Shown here: piece by piece, positions 40,732 through 53,071 of the stretch
How the letters are laid out: each line of letters starts with the position of its first letter
Position numbering within the stretch: position 1 is the first letter of the stretch
Assembly: GCF_002113885.1 (NCBI RefSeq)
Contig: NW_018480059.1
Span: forward strand, 550,295-614,294
DNA from: Mizuhopecten yessoensis
Lineage: Eukaryota
DNA: 64,000 nt
Reading direction: 5' to 3'
Position numbers and translations under genes: made by a program
Notes under the pieces: generated by a model
Database searches by the model: none
What the model was told of the DNA's origin: nothing
Seen by the model: only the letters and a program-made list of their open reading frames with translations

Positions 40732-42673
40732 AGGATGAATGTCTATAAGGCCCTTTTTTGGGCCCCGGTATATTCGGATTTTAACCTCCTTATTTTGTTG
40801 AAAGTTGTCCTATTGTATGACATGCGGAAAAACTAAGGTAAAAATTTGACCGAAAGTGGGTTTTTGGGGTAACAAAAGGGGTAGGGTAAAAGTCACAAAT
40901 ATAGTTTGCTGTTTTCAAAATGAGCTTAAAACCCAAAATAATACCATTTCTGTTTTTTGAAAACATGTGTAAATTAAACAAGCATATATAAAAGAATGAA
41001 AAATGACAGAAATTCAATCGTCACTTAAAGATTGTTTATACAAAACGGATGATTTAGTCAGGGAGTTCTGTTAGGTCATTTTCAATAGAAAAGTGATTTG
41101 TTTTCTCAATAATTTGTTTTCCTATTGATATTTTGACTTGAAATTTACAACTTCACTCATTTAAGTAGACTTACATAAATTGCATATATTTACTACATAC
41201 TTTCCTTTTTATTTTATACTAAGTTATGGATTCTGGGCACATCTCAAACTTGGCTATTTCAAATATCTCTCATTCTTAAGTGAATTAAAAGGTGCAGGAC
41301 ACCCTTTATATGCTATTAGTATAAGATATGTATAGTTAATATTGTATGTTATATGTATCATATAATATTTGCTCAACACCTGTGGCTGAAGTGAGTCCCA
41401 GGTCCTGTGATGTTTTCTTACTCATCGAAGTTTACTTACATATAAAATATGACATTTGTCACCACTATTACAGTAAAATGATTGATTTAAAATATGAAGA
41501 TACATTTGCTGGTAATTTAAAGTCTCCTATCCTCAAGGAAAGTATCTGCTTTAATCGTTAAAGTTAACCGATTTCATTGTTTTATCAAATGTTTTGACTA
41601 TTTCCAATGTTTATCCGCTGATTGTACATAAAAGGCATTTGGGGATAAGCATGTAACTTGGCATAGATATTAGTTATATGATGATATTTAAAATTTGTGA
41701 GAGTTTCATACTTATCCCACAATGCCTTTTTACTTAGAAACACCTTTCCTTGTGATTTGGAGTACAAGTACCAATGTGCATCTCCTTGCCTAACACCAAA
41801 TATTCCCTGTCAATACTAGTCTATATGAATGTACGAGATTAAACAGGCTCAGTAGAGTGTTTATAGTAGTCAGAGGCTACACTGACCAAAAGTCAGATAG
41901 TTTATGCTTTGAAAACCCCAAGAGAGACTAAGTTGTTGGTATAAGTTAATGCCTACAATTAACAGTTAATCATATTGCTGATTTCATACGGTTTATTTGT
42001 TACATTCAATGCTAGCTGCTACTCAAATAATTTCTTAATTACTTTTCTTCCCTTTTTGTTACATTACGTTAACCATGCCATCGGTGTATGTTGTGAAAAT
42101 TGATATGTTATACTTAGAGCATATGAAGGGTGTCCTGCACCTTTTAATTCACTAAAGATTGAGAGATATTTGAAGTAGCCAAGTTGGAGATGTGTCTAGA
42201 AGCCATAACTCAGTAAAAATCAAAAGGAAAGTATGTAGTGAATATGCAATTTATGTAAGTCTACTTAAATGAGTGAAGTTGTAAATTTCAAGTCAAAATA
42301 TAGATAGGAAAGGAAATTATTGAGAAATCAAAACACTTTTCATTTGAAAATGACCTAAAATAACCCCCTGTCTTAACCCTTTGTTTCATATAAACAATCT
42401 TTAAGTGACGATTGAAATTCTGTCATGTTTCATTATTATACATGTTTCAAAAAACAGAAATGGTATTATTTTGGGTTTTAAGCTCACTTTGAAAACAACA
42501 AACTATATTTGTGATTTACCCTACCCCTTTTGGTCACCAAAAAAACCACTTTCGGTCAAAGTTTTACCTTAGTTTTTCCGCATGTCATACAATAGGACAT
42601 CTTTGAACAAATTAAGGAGGTAACAATTCGAATATACCGGGGCCCCAAAAAAGGCCTTATAGATACTCGTCCT
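40732..42673. mobile_element. Non-autonomous foldback-type DNA transposon with ~600-bp TIRs (Kolobok-like ends)
   Basis: 40732-~41330 is the reverse complement of ~42100-42673 (AGGATGAATGTCTATAAGGCCC.. vs ..GGCCTTATAGATACTCGTCCT). TTAA at 42674-42677; the left flank lacks TTAA. No ORF. Confidence 0.9.
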
Positions 42674-45600
42674 TTAAAAAGAGTTCGAACTGAAGTTTAT
42701 CCTTTGAGTTCTATGTAATAATACATTTTCTAAATTCTTCCTTTTCCATTTTGTGTCCACTTTTCTGCAGTGCTTAAAATAATAACCGAACGCTGAAGCT
42801 GCGCCGATATTTTGATAGAAATATTAAACTACATGTACCTCTGTTCCTTCAAGATTACAGACTTTTGAATCATTTCTCTGGATAATGTAGCCTTTGATTA
42901 ATTCATATACTGTATTATTTATAGTTTGTGACGAGAAGGAAAGTGATGTTTATCAGCAAAATGGTAAGAAGACATCTGTATAAGAAAAGAACGATAAAAA
43001 AGCGACATAACACAACTGAAGTTTGAACTAAAACTGATCAAACGGCGTCTTCTGTTTCACTGACGACATACGTCATGTAAATCTAGATGAGAAATACAAG
43101 TAATGTCACGTCATCATAGCAAGAAGCGAGGTAGCGATACAGACACAAAAAGACTTATGAGCATAATAAAAACATCGACCTACATGTAATGCAAAGAAAT
43201 AACTTATTTCCCGATGACATCATGAAATGTAAATGGAATGTATCATTTCATGTTATTGTTTTATAGAAATGAAAACCTTCTTCATTAGATATATATCTAT
43301 CTCGTCAATAGAGAGCAATCTGTTGTGAAAATTATGCTGTGTCGTTCAGCTTCAGATATATCGACGATACACACACTGAAATAACAATATATCTATTAAC
43401 CTCGTTAACAGTATATACCCTCTTAGACTTTTTAACCACTGACACTAAAATCTCCAGTACATAAAGCACTCTCTTTACTTACAACATGCCCAGCAGGGAC
43501 GTCTTACAACTGATCTGTACGATACACGCGACGATTTCGATGTCCGATCGTGTAGGACCATTTCTTGATAGTATCATCTCTGCATCCCCAACAAACGGTG
43601 TTCACATTTGATACGGTATTAAACACCTTGCTACAAACACCACGACTTCTGTGATAGATGACGACTGCTGATAGACACACACAAGTTTTCGAGAGTTACA
43701 CGTTGATGAAGATCAAGGAAATTTTGTATAGTTGCCGTCATGATCTAATTGATTAAAAGTATACAATGTTCTTGCTAGAGATGAAAGGTCAATGGTTTTC
43801 ATTATATTCAAAAGCGTATAATAACACGATAGTTAGAATACATGTCTTATAGTAATACGCTCTAATGTAGCATATGTCTACTCTAAAGCTAGGCACATCA
43901 CACAAAATAACTAAAAATCATACCTTGTGTTGTAAAAGGATGTTGACTGGAATATATCCTCAGTAATTAGTTGTGTGCTGGATATTTTGTAATCCATACT
44001 TTAAATATTTTACTTCAGGGAGATCAGAGAGTGCACAACGTTCTCATTTTTAGAGGCATAAAAGGGAAGCATAAATTATATGCACTTAAGAGCGCACAAT
44101 ATTTCAAAACTAAAGGCAATCAGACACCTATCCGGTCTAATAAGTGCGCGCAGGTGTGATAAGCATACACACTTGAATAAATTTCTCAAAATGCTCGTAG
44201 CCTACAGGTCGTACTACCTCATATATCAAACTGCTGATTGAAAAGTTTTTGTTTTCAATTGCCAATATTAAACAGGTAATCCGATGTTGAGTGGTAATTC
44301 ATGTACAATTTGTGACAAAGTAAAATCGACTTTACAGCGGCTTTACGATAACGCTAGGATATATGGTCAAACAGAACACTTGTCGTGTGTTTACTCGCTC
44401 CAAATAAACATTAAAGCATGTTTCAGTGCTAATGTTTAATATCCAGGTTACCTAATAGTCCGGATGATTACGAGAGAAATGAAACGCTTTGTGTTAGATG
44501 ATTATACAATTATGGTAAGTATTCTTAATACATAGGCCTCTATTTCACAACTTTGCACTTGAAACAAATTGATTTATTTCTCTATTTAAAGCACGCTGAT
44601 ACATATTTTTAAAAAGTTACATTTCAAACTTTTCCTTTTTGCCGACTTTGTATGTAAAATTGCACATGATGAACAACCCGTTGGGAACTTTTCACACTCT
44701 GAACGATAGACAAGCTTTTGGAAAAGTTTGGTCGTACTTTATACTGCCATTGTAGACTCCAACTACTAATATACAAAAAATGAATATAGAATTGACATAT
44801 CTTGTCTTGGTTTACCAATAGCCTTAACATAAGATCGTTGAGACAATTTCTACTGCAGTTAATAACCCGTTTATCAACTCCCCGGTCATCCATTAATTGG
44901 ATAGATATTGGTTTAACATAAATGTATATTAACTGGTTGATCAATATCTTCTCTCAATTTGATCAAAATGATTATCTGTTGAATATGGTGGTTTTCGTTA
45001 TAAGATTTGAAAAGTAACTAGCTCAAAAATGAAAAAAATATGATGAGTAACAATACCTCGTTGTGAATCTTTAGTCTACTTGAATCAATGGCAAACATGA
45101 CATTAAACACATTTAAAAAAGCGAAACGGCTACTGCGAAAGACAGAACTGCAGTTCATTTCGTTAAAAAGTTATTAATGCTGATGATCCGGCAGATCGGA
45201 TTGATGTATCTAACAAACGGATTTTAATGGAGGCAAACCTAATCAATATGATATTGTGAGTTTGCTAACGATAACACTTGGCCTAATCTCTTCCTCCATT
45301 TCTGATATCAACATTGACATGCAATTCGACAACATGGATCTTGTTCTTTATACCCACAATAAACATATTGGTATCACCCTTGCTTCATATTGTAAATAGA
45401 ATAGACACAATAAAAGATATCTATTCCGAACCTTCAAAACAATTAGGAGCAAATTGGAAAGTGGCATACATGCTATATAGAAGTATGCCGAATAAAATAT
45501 AAAATACCTTTACTAATTAAACATGAATGTATAAATGTTTGCCAAATAGTACGAGTATGACTAGCCTTTCGTTTCCTCCTTTTACTACGAGAGGTTCGGG

Positions 45601-45854
45601 CCTGGCCAATGACGATCTAAACAAAACCCTATCAGGACCTCATCAACTGTGCTACTGTAGTTTGGGGGAATAGGCCTGCTGTATCCCGCTGCATATCGTT
45701 AAAGGCAACTGCAGAATCGTTTTTTTCTTCTTCTGCGTCTCTTGCTAAAGTGACACTGAATAAACTAAAATTCATTTGCTTCCCCCATTGAGACATTGGG
45801 AAAACGACCTTATTGTTTCCTAGTGCCTTGCTTGGCGATACCACACTTTTGGAC

Positions 45855-46220
45855 TTGAACGCTCAACCGGGGGAGGCAATGGGTTCTGTCCCTAGGCCGG
45901 GATATACCAAAGTCCTAGGTATTTAGTATTCCATGCTAAACGTTAGGCATTTAGGGTAAATTCAATAACAGCTTTACCCGTTGGCAGTATAAAGTGATCG
46001 GACGGAATACGCTGCTGGGTGCCTTCGGCATGATATTTAATTGAGGTAGCACTCTAAAGTCCGAATCAAATAAGTGCTTTCATAAGAAGGTAAATATACC
46101 AACATACTGCCATCAACCCACATACACACGTGCAAATATACATTTGCACACGTGGGCCACATCCTTAAATGACCTTAGCTGTTAATAGGACGTTAAAAAA
46201 CCTTATACAACCAAACCAAA
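45855..46220 (+). mobile_element. Meta/MESC-like SINE with degenerate tRNA head
   Basis: B-box-like GGGTTCTGTCCC (~45881); core CAGTATAAAGTGATCGG..TGAGGTAGCACTCTAAAGT; tail ATGACCTTAGCTGTTAATAGGACGTTAAA followed by (AACCA)n. Confidence 0.8.
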
Positions 46221-49200
46221 TTCCATCAAATGTATTATTAAATCTCGCTCTTTTGTACATGGTATCTTCTGTACCATCCCACTATCACACTGGATCTCGT
46301 TAACTGAAATTTCCCTGGCGAGATTTGGACAGTATGAGTGTAGCTCAATAAAAAATGAACTTTATGAATGCAGTCTTGAATCTAGTCCTCCTTAATTTTG
46401 TCGACCTCTTTGTGTTTAGGGAAAAACTCCTGAAGATGTTTTTCCTATCTTGCAGACTTCATGCCATGGTTTAATGAAGCGCCGCAGAATCAGCAGAACA
46501 AACCACTATTGTACGTTCATTGACATCTCTATAGCCGTTGGTATAATGAAATCAAGTAATTTTTATTAGATAGATTTTTTCTCAATTGACTGCTATTTTT
46601 CGCTGTATTGTTGAGTTCCGTACATGCATATAAAAAGCTGTTACTTTCTATCAAAACACTGGTATATCGCAATACACAGACAGGTCGTCTAGTACATGTA
46701 ATACCGCAATACAGAATTGGTAGGTGTTTTTACCTTCCGAATCACTTCACAGTCTAACACATATACAAATATATATAAGATATATGTTCCAGTCCTAAAT
46801 CATCCTGACAAGTATGTTTTGAGATAGAGAACTTTGTAAGTTTTGCCATCCTCTGCTGTTTTTTGGTATTTATACTTTTGTAAATTAAACAAAAAATAAC
46901 GATTATACATTATTTCAAAAACATGGCAGACAGACAATTATTTTACGTAGCTTCCAATGGGATCTTATAGGTCAGTTTCCTTACTTGATTTATCAACTAA
47001 CATGCACTGATATTATGGAGCTGTCCAGTCCACCGCGGTCGCCATGCTTCACTATTCCGGGTCATACATGACTATGAAACAAATGTTCTGATTGGTCGAC
47101 CTATACTACTGGAATAATTGTGTAGAGTCGACTAATTATAGCGCTTGCTTCTTCTTAAAACAGGGAAACTGACGTACATTATATTAACACCATACCGAAG
47201 AGTTGATACGGCAATGATTGATATAACGAGGATATTACTTTTTGTGCAGAATTCATGAAGAAAAATGTTAAAATCTACATGTAACTCTACCCTACTACGT
47301 TTGGAGTTTGTACACCAAAGCAAAATCTAAAGATTTGACAAAATAACGTCCGATAGATCTATTCTTCAACTTCTTAACTTTCTATGAGTTAAGTGCATTA
47401 TTATTTCTTCTCATTCGCGATAGGTATAGAAACAGTTAGGCTTATACAAAATTAAACTAAACTGTGTTATAGTCAATCGTATTTGTGCTCTTTCATTTAA
47501 GCTTAATTTCTGTAAGTTTTTACAATTATATTTTGAAGCTACAATTATACTTTTTTATATCACAATAGAAAGAAACGATGTGGATGTCATAAACAATTGA
47601 CAGTTTAATGGAAGCGTGTACAGTAACGCTTGTTCTGTAAACTCACGACACGTAGGGTGTTTATGGCTCTGGCTGTGTCATCACCTACTTGTTACAATCA
47701 TAACACCACTACCTACTGACCAGGGGTCAGTTTTACAGCAAGTTACGGTGATAATATAACATACATTGTATTCCAGGACTAGTTAATGGTTTTAAGTGAG
47801 GGGGGCGCGTGCTAAGTACTATCCCGTCATTTCCCTCCACTTGCTTCCATGAACATTTTTTTCGTAAGTAAAGAAAATTGATAATGATAAAAGTAAAACT
47901 GCAGCTGTTGTCATCATTGATAAAGATACAGTTGTGAAAAGAAGACTTAATCGTTAGGCCATGTAGAAAATTTAAAAAGTTGTCCACAGCTTAAACATAT
48001 ATATCCTTGTGTCTTTATATCATTTTATTTCAAGTTTGTAATTTTGCTTGAACATAAACAGACACTTTGCCATGAGGTTTGCCCAATATAAGTTGCTTTG
48101 GCTAAGAAACGTTTACATTATCACACCCATATATGTAATAAAGTTTATCTGTGTGGGTACCAAAACAACATATGAATACAGGGACAAAACGGAATAGCGA
48201 GAGAAGAGAAAACGTCTCATAAGGTTGATTTGAAGGCAGACAGGCAAACAATCTGACAGTCATACGTTAATTACAACAATGCGTTGTAACAGAGACGTAT
48301 ATACTATATATGTCTCTGGTTGTAACTAGTTTTGTCTTTACTCCCTCCGCATTAAAGAGTTACAAACGGTATACAACACATCCTGGTGTGCAGTGGTTCG
48401 CAACTGTGTGGTACTTGTATACATAGCATCGTATTTATGTACATATATATGTCGTACATTTGTTAAAACAGGAAATAGATTTTACTGAAAAACAGTGAAG
48501 ATTAAACACGAATGATTAAATTATTATTTAATGTCATAAAAAATGAACAGCCTTGTCGATTTCGTAATACACAATGACAGGGCTGTACATTATAAACCTA
48601 GCCCGTACATGCTAACAGGACAGGTGTTACCTAAGAGGGTTGTAATTAATTTCTGACACCATGGTACATCGCAGGTAAATCACCTGTAACCAAGTGTCCT
48701 ACAGGTACTTACACCCCACACAGGTGACCGTGTTGACATTAAGTGGCGCTCTCGTGTGACAGAACTATGTGGTAATATATTGTAAAGAAAAGTTGTCAGA
48801 TATGTAAGAGGCCATCAGTTCAACGCTTAACCATTCTATTAATAAATTAAGTCATTGTGTTTCAATATCACACATACTTCTGAAATAACACAGGTGACAC
48901 AAATATTTACCTTTATACGTGTATTATAAACAGAAAGTATTCGAGATACCATACTAACATATTTTAAATGAATTAACTTATTAAATTTCAAAATCAATAT
49001 CGTGCCCGGACTTTTTCCCTAGTGTTTGAGATAACTGCTAGAACATACTTATAAATCCAGGTAAAGTCAGTTTGACACTTCTGTTTCGTTGTACGCACGT
49101 CGCCAGTGCTTCAATTGTTGTTAATTAATTAAGTTATTAACACTCATATTATCACGTACTCATGAATATTTTCTTAGCGATACCTGCCTTACAGGTAAAT

Positions 49201-50214
49201 AAAGGTAGGGCATTTTTCCTGCTCTACGTAATGATGGCTAATCTCAGCCTCAACGCCAATAAACGGGTACCACCTTGAAAGAAAAATGTCGCATATCGCT
49301 AATAAAAATGACGCTTTGAATAATTTAATGGCGTGTAAGTTCACACCTGCGGCTGAAGTAAGTGAAATAGCTGCTCTTACACGACGTACGTACAACAGAA
49401 CATAGTGTTTAACATGATTCAATATAATCAGTGTGTTATCTCTCCTTCCTTAAACTGACCTGTCGGACCATATACCCTAGTGATGTCTTACGCTATGGTC
49501 AGTCTTATCTTATGATAAATATATTTATATATTAAATTGCCAATAAATTACGAAGAAAATTTCCGAAAAACTTGATGTTGCACAACAACAACAACAAATA
49601 CAATTAAATCATTCAAAATTTATAAAATTGCTGTGTTTTGAAGAAAAATGTCCTGAAAAACTTTGGTATCGGTTTAGTCTAAACACGATACAAACTGCCA
49701 GAAATCGACATTTCGCGTTCAACATGTATTTCCGTTGCAGCATGATAAAATGTAAAATGTTTTATACGTTTTTGAAAACATTTCGTGAAACATATCCGGA
49801 TTAACGATCATTAGGATAACCGAAACATGACTGTTATCAAAAGTAAGTGAGTTACGGCCCTTGGAAGTTATAAAGTGCGATTTGTATTTCAAATAAAATG
49901 AAAAATAAAATGAAAAAATATTAAAAAGGCAAGTAAGGTTATAAGACGTTGTTGTTTATTCACATATTATTGATAAGTCAAAATAGTATCATGGTGTAAA
50001 TCGCTGTGCATACTAAATTTAGAATATCATGTTCCTAAAGAAAAAAGTAATCTCTATATTCAGTAAATTAATTTAAAAAATAAATAAAAAATGAAACAAA
50101 ATCTATGAATCAATTTCGTTATCGGTTTAAACGGAATTTTCGGCACAAATGAAGAATTTCATGTAATTTTCCCTACTATTCAATCACATTTTTTCATACT
50201 TTGAGGTTTACTTA

Positions 50215-50300
50215 GTTTAAACATATTTATTGCCAAAATTAGACAAGGGATTAGGCACAAGTTATAACAACTTATCAACGCCTTCTCCCAATATACATTT
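50215..50300 (-). mobile_element. Short 3'-end fragment of a CR1-group LINE related to the 10-13 kb element
   Basis: GGATTAGGCACAAGTTATAACAACTTATC..CCTTCTCC matches GGATTGGACGCAAGTTATCACAACTTATC..CCTCTCC at ~10096-10137. Confidence 0.75.
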
Positions 50301-52029
50301 GACATGACATTACAATAATGACAATAAATATATACAATTGTTATTACAATTTGAACTCAAGGTTTACTACATGTAATTAAGGAAGAGCTTTAAGGCAACA
50401 AAGGAAAAATGTGTTTGGAACTCGAAGTTTCGCGATATAAAGTCGAAACTTAGAAGTACTAATACGAAAAAACGAGATTCATTTTAATTTTCGACAAGAT
50501 CCTCATACTCTTCCGTAACCAATGGCGATGATCAAGGAATAATAAAAATATCTACACAGCTTATTTTACATATAGTAGATGTGAATCACAAAAGTTAAGA
50601 AGTGTGTGTTCAACTCACATTTATTTGCAAAGTTGGGAATGAAAAAAAACATTGATTTATTACAATCAATATACAGATATTTTGATTTTTGTAATATCTC
50701 CTTCTTCAACGTAATGGATTGTTTACATTATGTAGCAGAACTATATATATTTATCTATTTCTTCCATTCATTACAAGATTTATTTAACATATATCTTTTG
50801 AATTTGATGGCAATAAAATATCTTTAAACGAATATATATAAATTTTCATTATAGCGATAAATTTATAATTGGTATTCACGCAATTTAAGATAATTCTGGA
50901 ATTTTCTGTTTATAAATAATATAAAACAGGAGCTACATAGAGACGAACGCTAAAAGTGGTTCAACGGCGCCGAGTTTAGATATAAAAACAGGCACTGCAT
51001 GGAAATTAGGTAGCTTTTTACCATTCCAATTACTGTTATCAATTGATAACACATCACTTTTCTATTTCTTACAAAGTATTCTCAACAAAATAATATGAAT
51101 CACCTAATACCGCCGTAAACATTTTACATATGATAAGTGAAAACTTTACATCTGATTGTGGTCTATTTTTTAAGTTTTCTTCAATATTCTCCGACTTTTG
51201 ACGAAGCTATTATTGTGTTTGTCCTGGACACCAGATTGTGGCTAAATAACACACCATTTATGATCAACAGAATTAGACTATGAACTGATATTTGAGCCAG
51301 TATTTGAATCAGTCAGCTGGTTTACTGACAAAACCGTAACCTGTAAACCCAAAGATAATGAACACCTGAACTAATCAACTGAAAACAATAGTAAGCCTAG
51401 CTGATCAGACTACTGAGTCGGATGGTAAATAGAAAAGAAAATACCGGACCATTTTTATAGTAATATTTACTCCTCAGCCATTAACCAATAATCCGTTAGA
51501 GGTTGTTCAACTCTAGACTGTTTTGTTTGCGTGTTTCCCTTTTTGTATTGCTTTACGGCCCATCGACAATACCAGTTATTAAGGACCAGTTGGATACGGA
51601 TTCCAAGCAGATGGATACAGACATTGAGGATAATGAGAAGAATGCAATTTCGCTCAATTACAATCAAACCAATTGAGTAAACTTATATATAGTTTAAACA
51701 TAGTTTGTTTTTGATCGTTACAAATGAAAACGTTAAATTATATTGAGATTTCTCGAAGAAAAAGAAATGTGTCTGATTGTTATAAAACTATTAAACAAAT
51801 ATTTCCATCACCGGAAAATGAGACGGCTTCATAAATTGCCAATGTAAACACAAGTTTAAGAATTAGATTAGATGATATTTTTGTTTACCTAAGATGTAAT
51901 TCATTAAGGTTTAATCCATCCACTGAAATATTATTACCAAATACGATACACTTGCAACAAATCTTCAACAAAGAAAATCTCCTTACAAGATTCGGTAGCC
52001 GAACACAATGATAAAACTATTTACTGATC

Positions 52030-52330
52030 TGCCAATCAGAAGCATAGGAAAGATATCGACAGCGTGCTGCGGTTCCGTTATTTACATAAGATTCTATAGC
52101 TCCGCCCCTTTATGCTAATGATCATAACGGGAGATATAATCTTTGAGGGTGCTCTCGTTATCAAATGTTGTCGAGGTGTTTGGACTGGTAAATTGTGGCA
52201 CGGTGTGACGTTTGGCATAAATATTTTGACTTTTCTGGACATTGAAGATTTGTGTAGTAAATGATCCAAGATATGAGGCGAGAGGAAGTGTGTTTTATCC
52301 GGACGACTCATTATTAGCTTGGAAAACAAT
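52030..52330 (+). promoter_or_regulatory. Candidate proximal promoter of Mnx
   Basis: GCCAATCAG (52031), GC box TCCGCCCC (52101), TGACGT (~52206) and ETS-like GAGGAAGTG (~52282), all 200-500 bp upstream of the ATG. TSS unknown. Confidence 0.45.
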
Positions 52331-52524
52331 CACAACTCTGTGTTAGTGGAGATAAACCAACTTTACTACGGGCTGGGGTGATATTTTGAAGTTGTATTTG
52401 ATAAACTTGAATCAAAGAAATGAAGTTGTTTTTGGACATTATATCGAGATAACAACAAACATTTTGTGTATAAATTTTCTGATATTTCAATGAAATAAAG
52501 GTTATATACAGCTGAGACGTTCTG

Positions 52525-53071
52525 ATGCATTACACAACAAAGATGGATAATTCTCGTAAATCATTCAGCATTGACGCTTTATTGTCAAAATCATCTTCCG
52601 TTTCAACACCCAAGAAAACTTCAGACTCAGACCAACGTTTTCATTCGAAGTCACCGTTAGTATCGCCTGTGGTACCCTTAGGGTCTCCCCGACCCTCGTC
52701 TTCCGGTTCCAGCCACCGAAGTAACAGCCCTGACTCAAGTCTGTCCCCGTCTGGATCTGGTGGTTTCACATCCGGAACGTTTATTCCCCGACCCGGACTT
52801 TTGAATACGCAACATCCGGCCCTAATGCATCAACATTCGGTCGCAATTCAAGGCCTCCTTCACGCTCAACAGATGTATGGTGCATTTAACGGACATACGG
52901 GTGGCCACAATGGGGGCGGAAGTGGTATGCCTATGTTTTCCGGAAGTGCTTTTCACAGTCCTGCGGATCACGCGTATAAACTCTCACAGCACGCGCAAAA
53001 CATCCAACCATACCTGAATGAGTGGTTTGCACGTGGCGGCATGTTGATGCCTCGTATGATGGATTACACGG
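52525..53071 (+). CDS. Mnx: Mnx (motor neuron and pancreas homeobox / HB9 / exex) coding exon 1; homeobox lies beyond the window
   Basis: N-terminal MDNSRKSFSIDALL (eh1; cf. MNX1 MEKSKNFRIDALL), then Ser/Pro/His/Gly-rich linker, then EWFARGGMLMPRMMDY (cf. MNX1 QWLRASTAGMILPKMPDF), ending at a strong donor G|GTGAGT in phase 1. Start is either 52525 or 52543. Confidence 0.88.
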
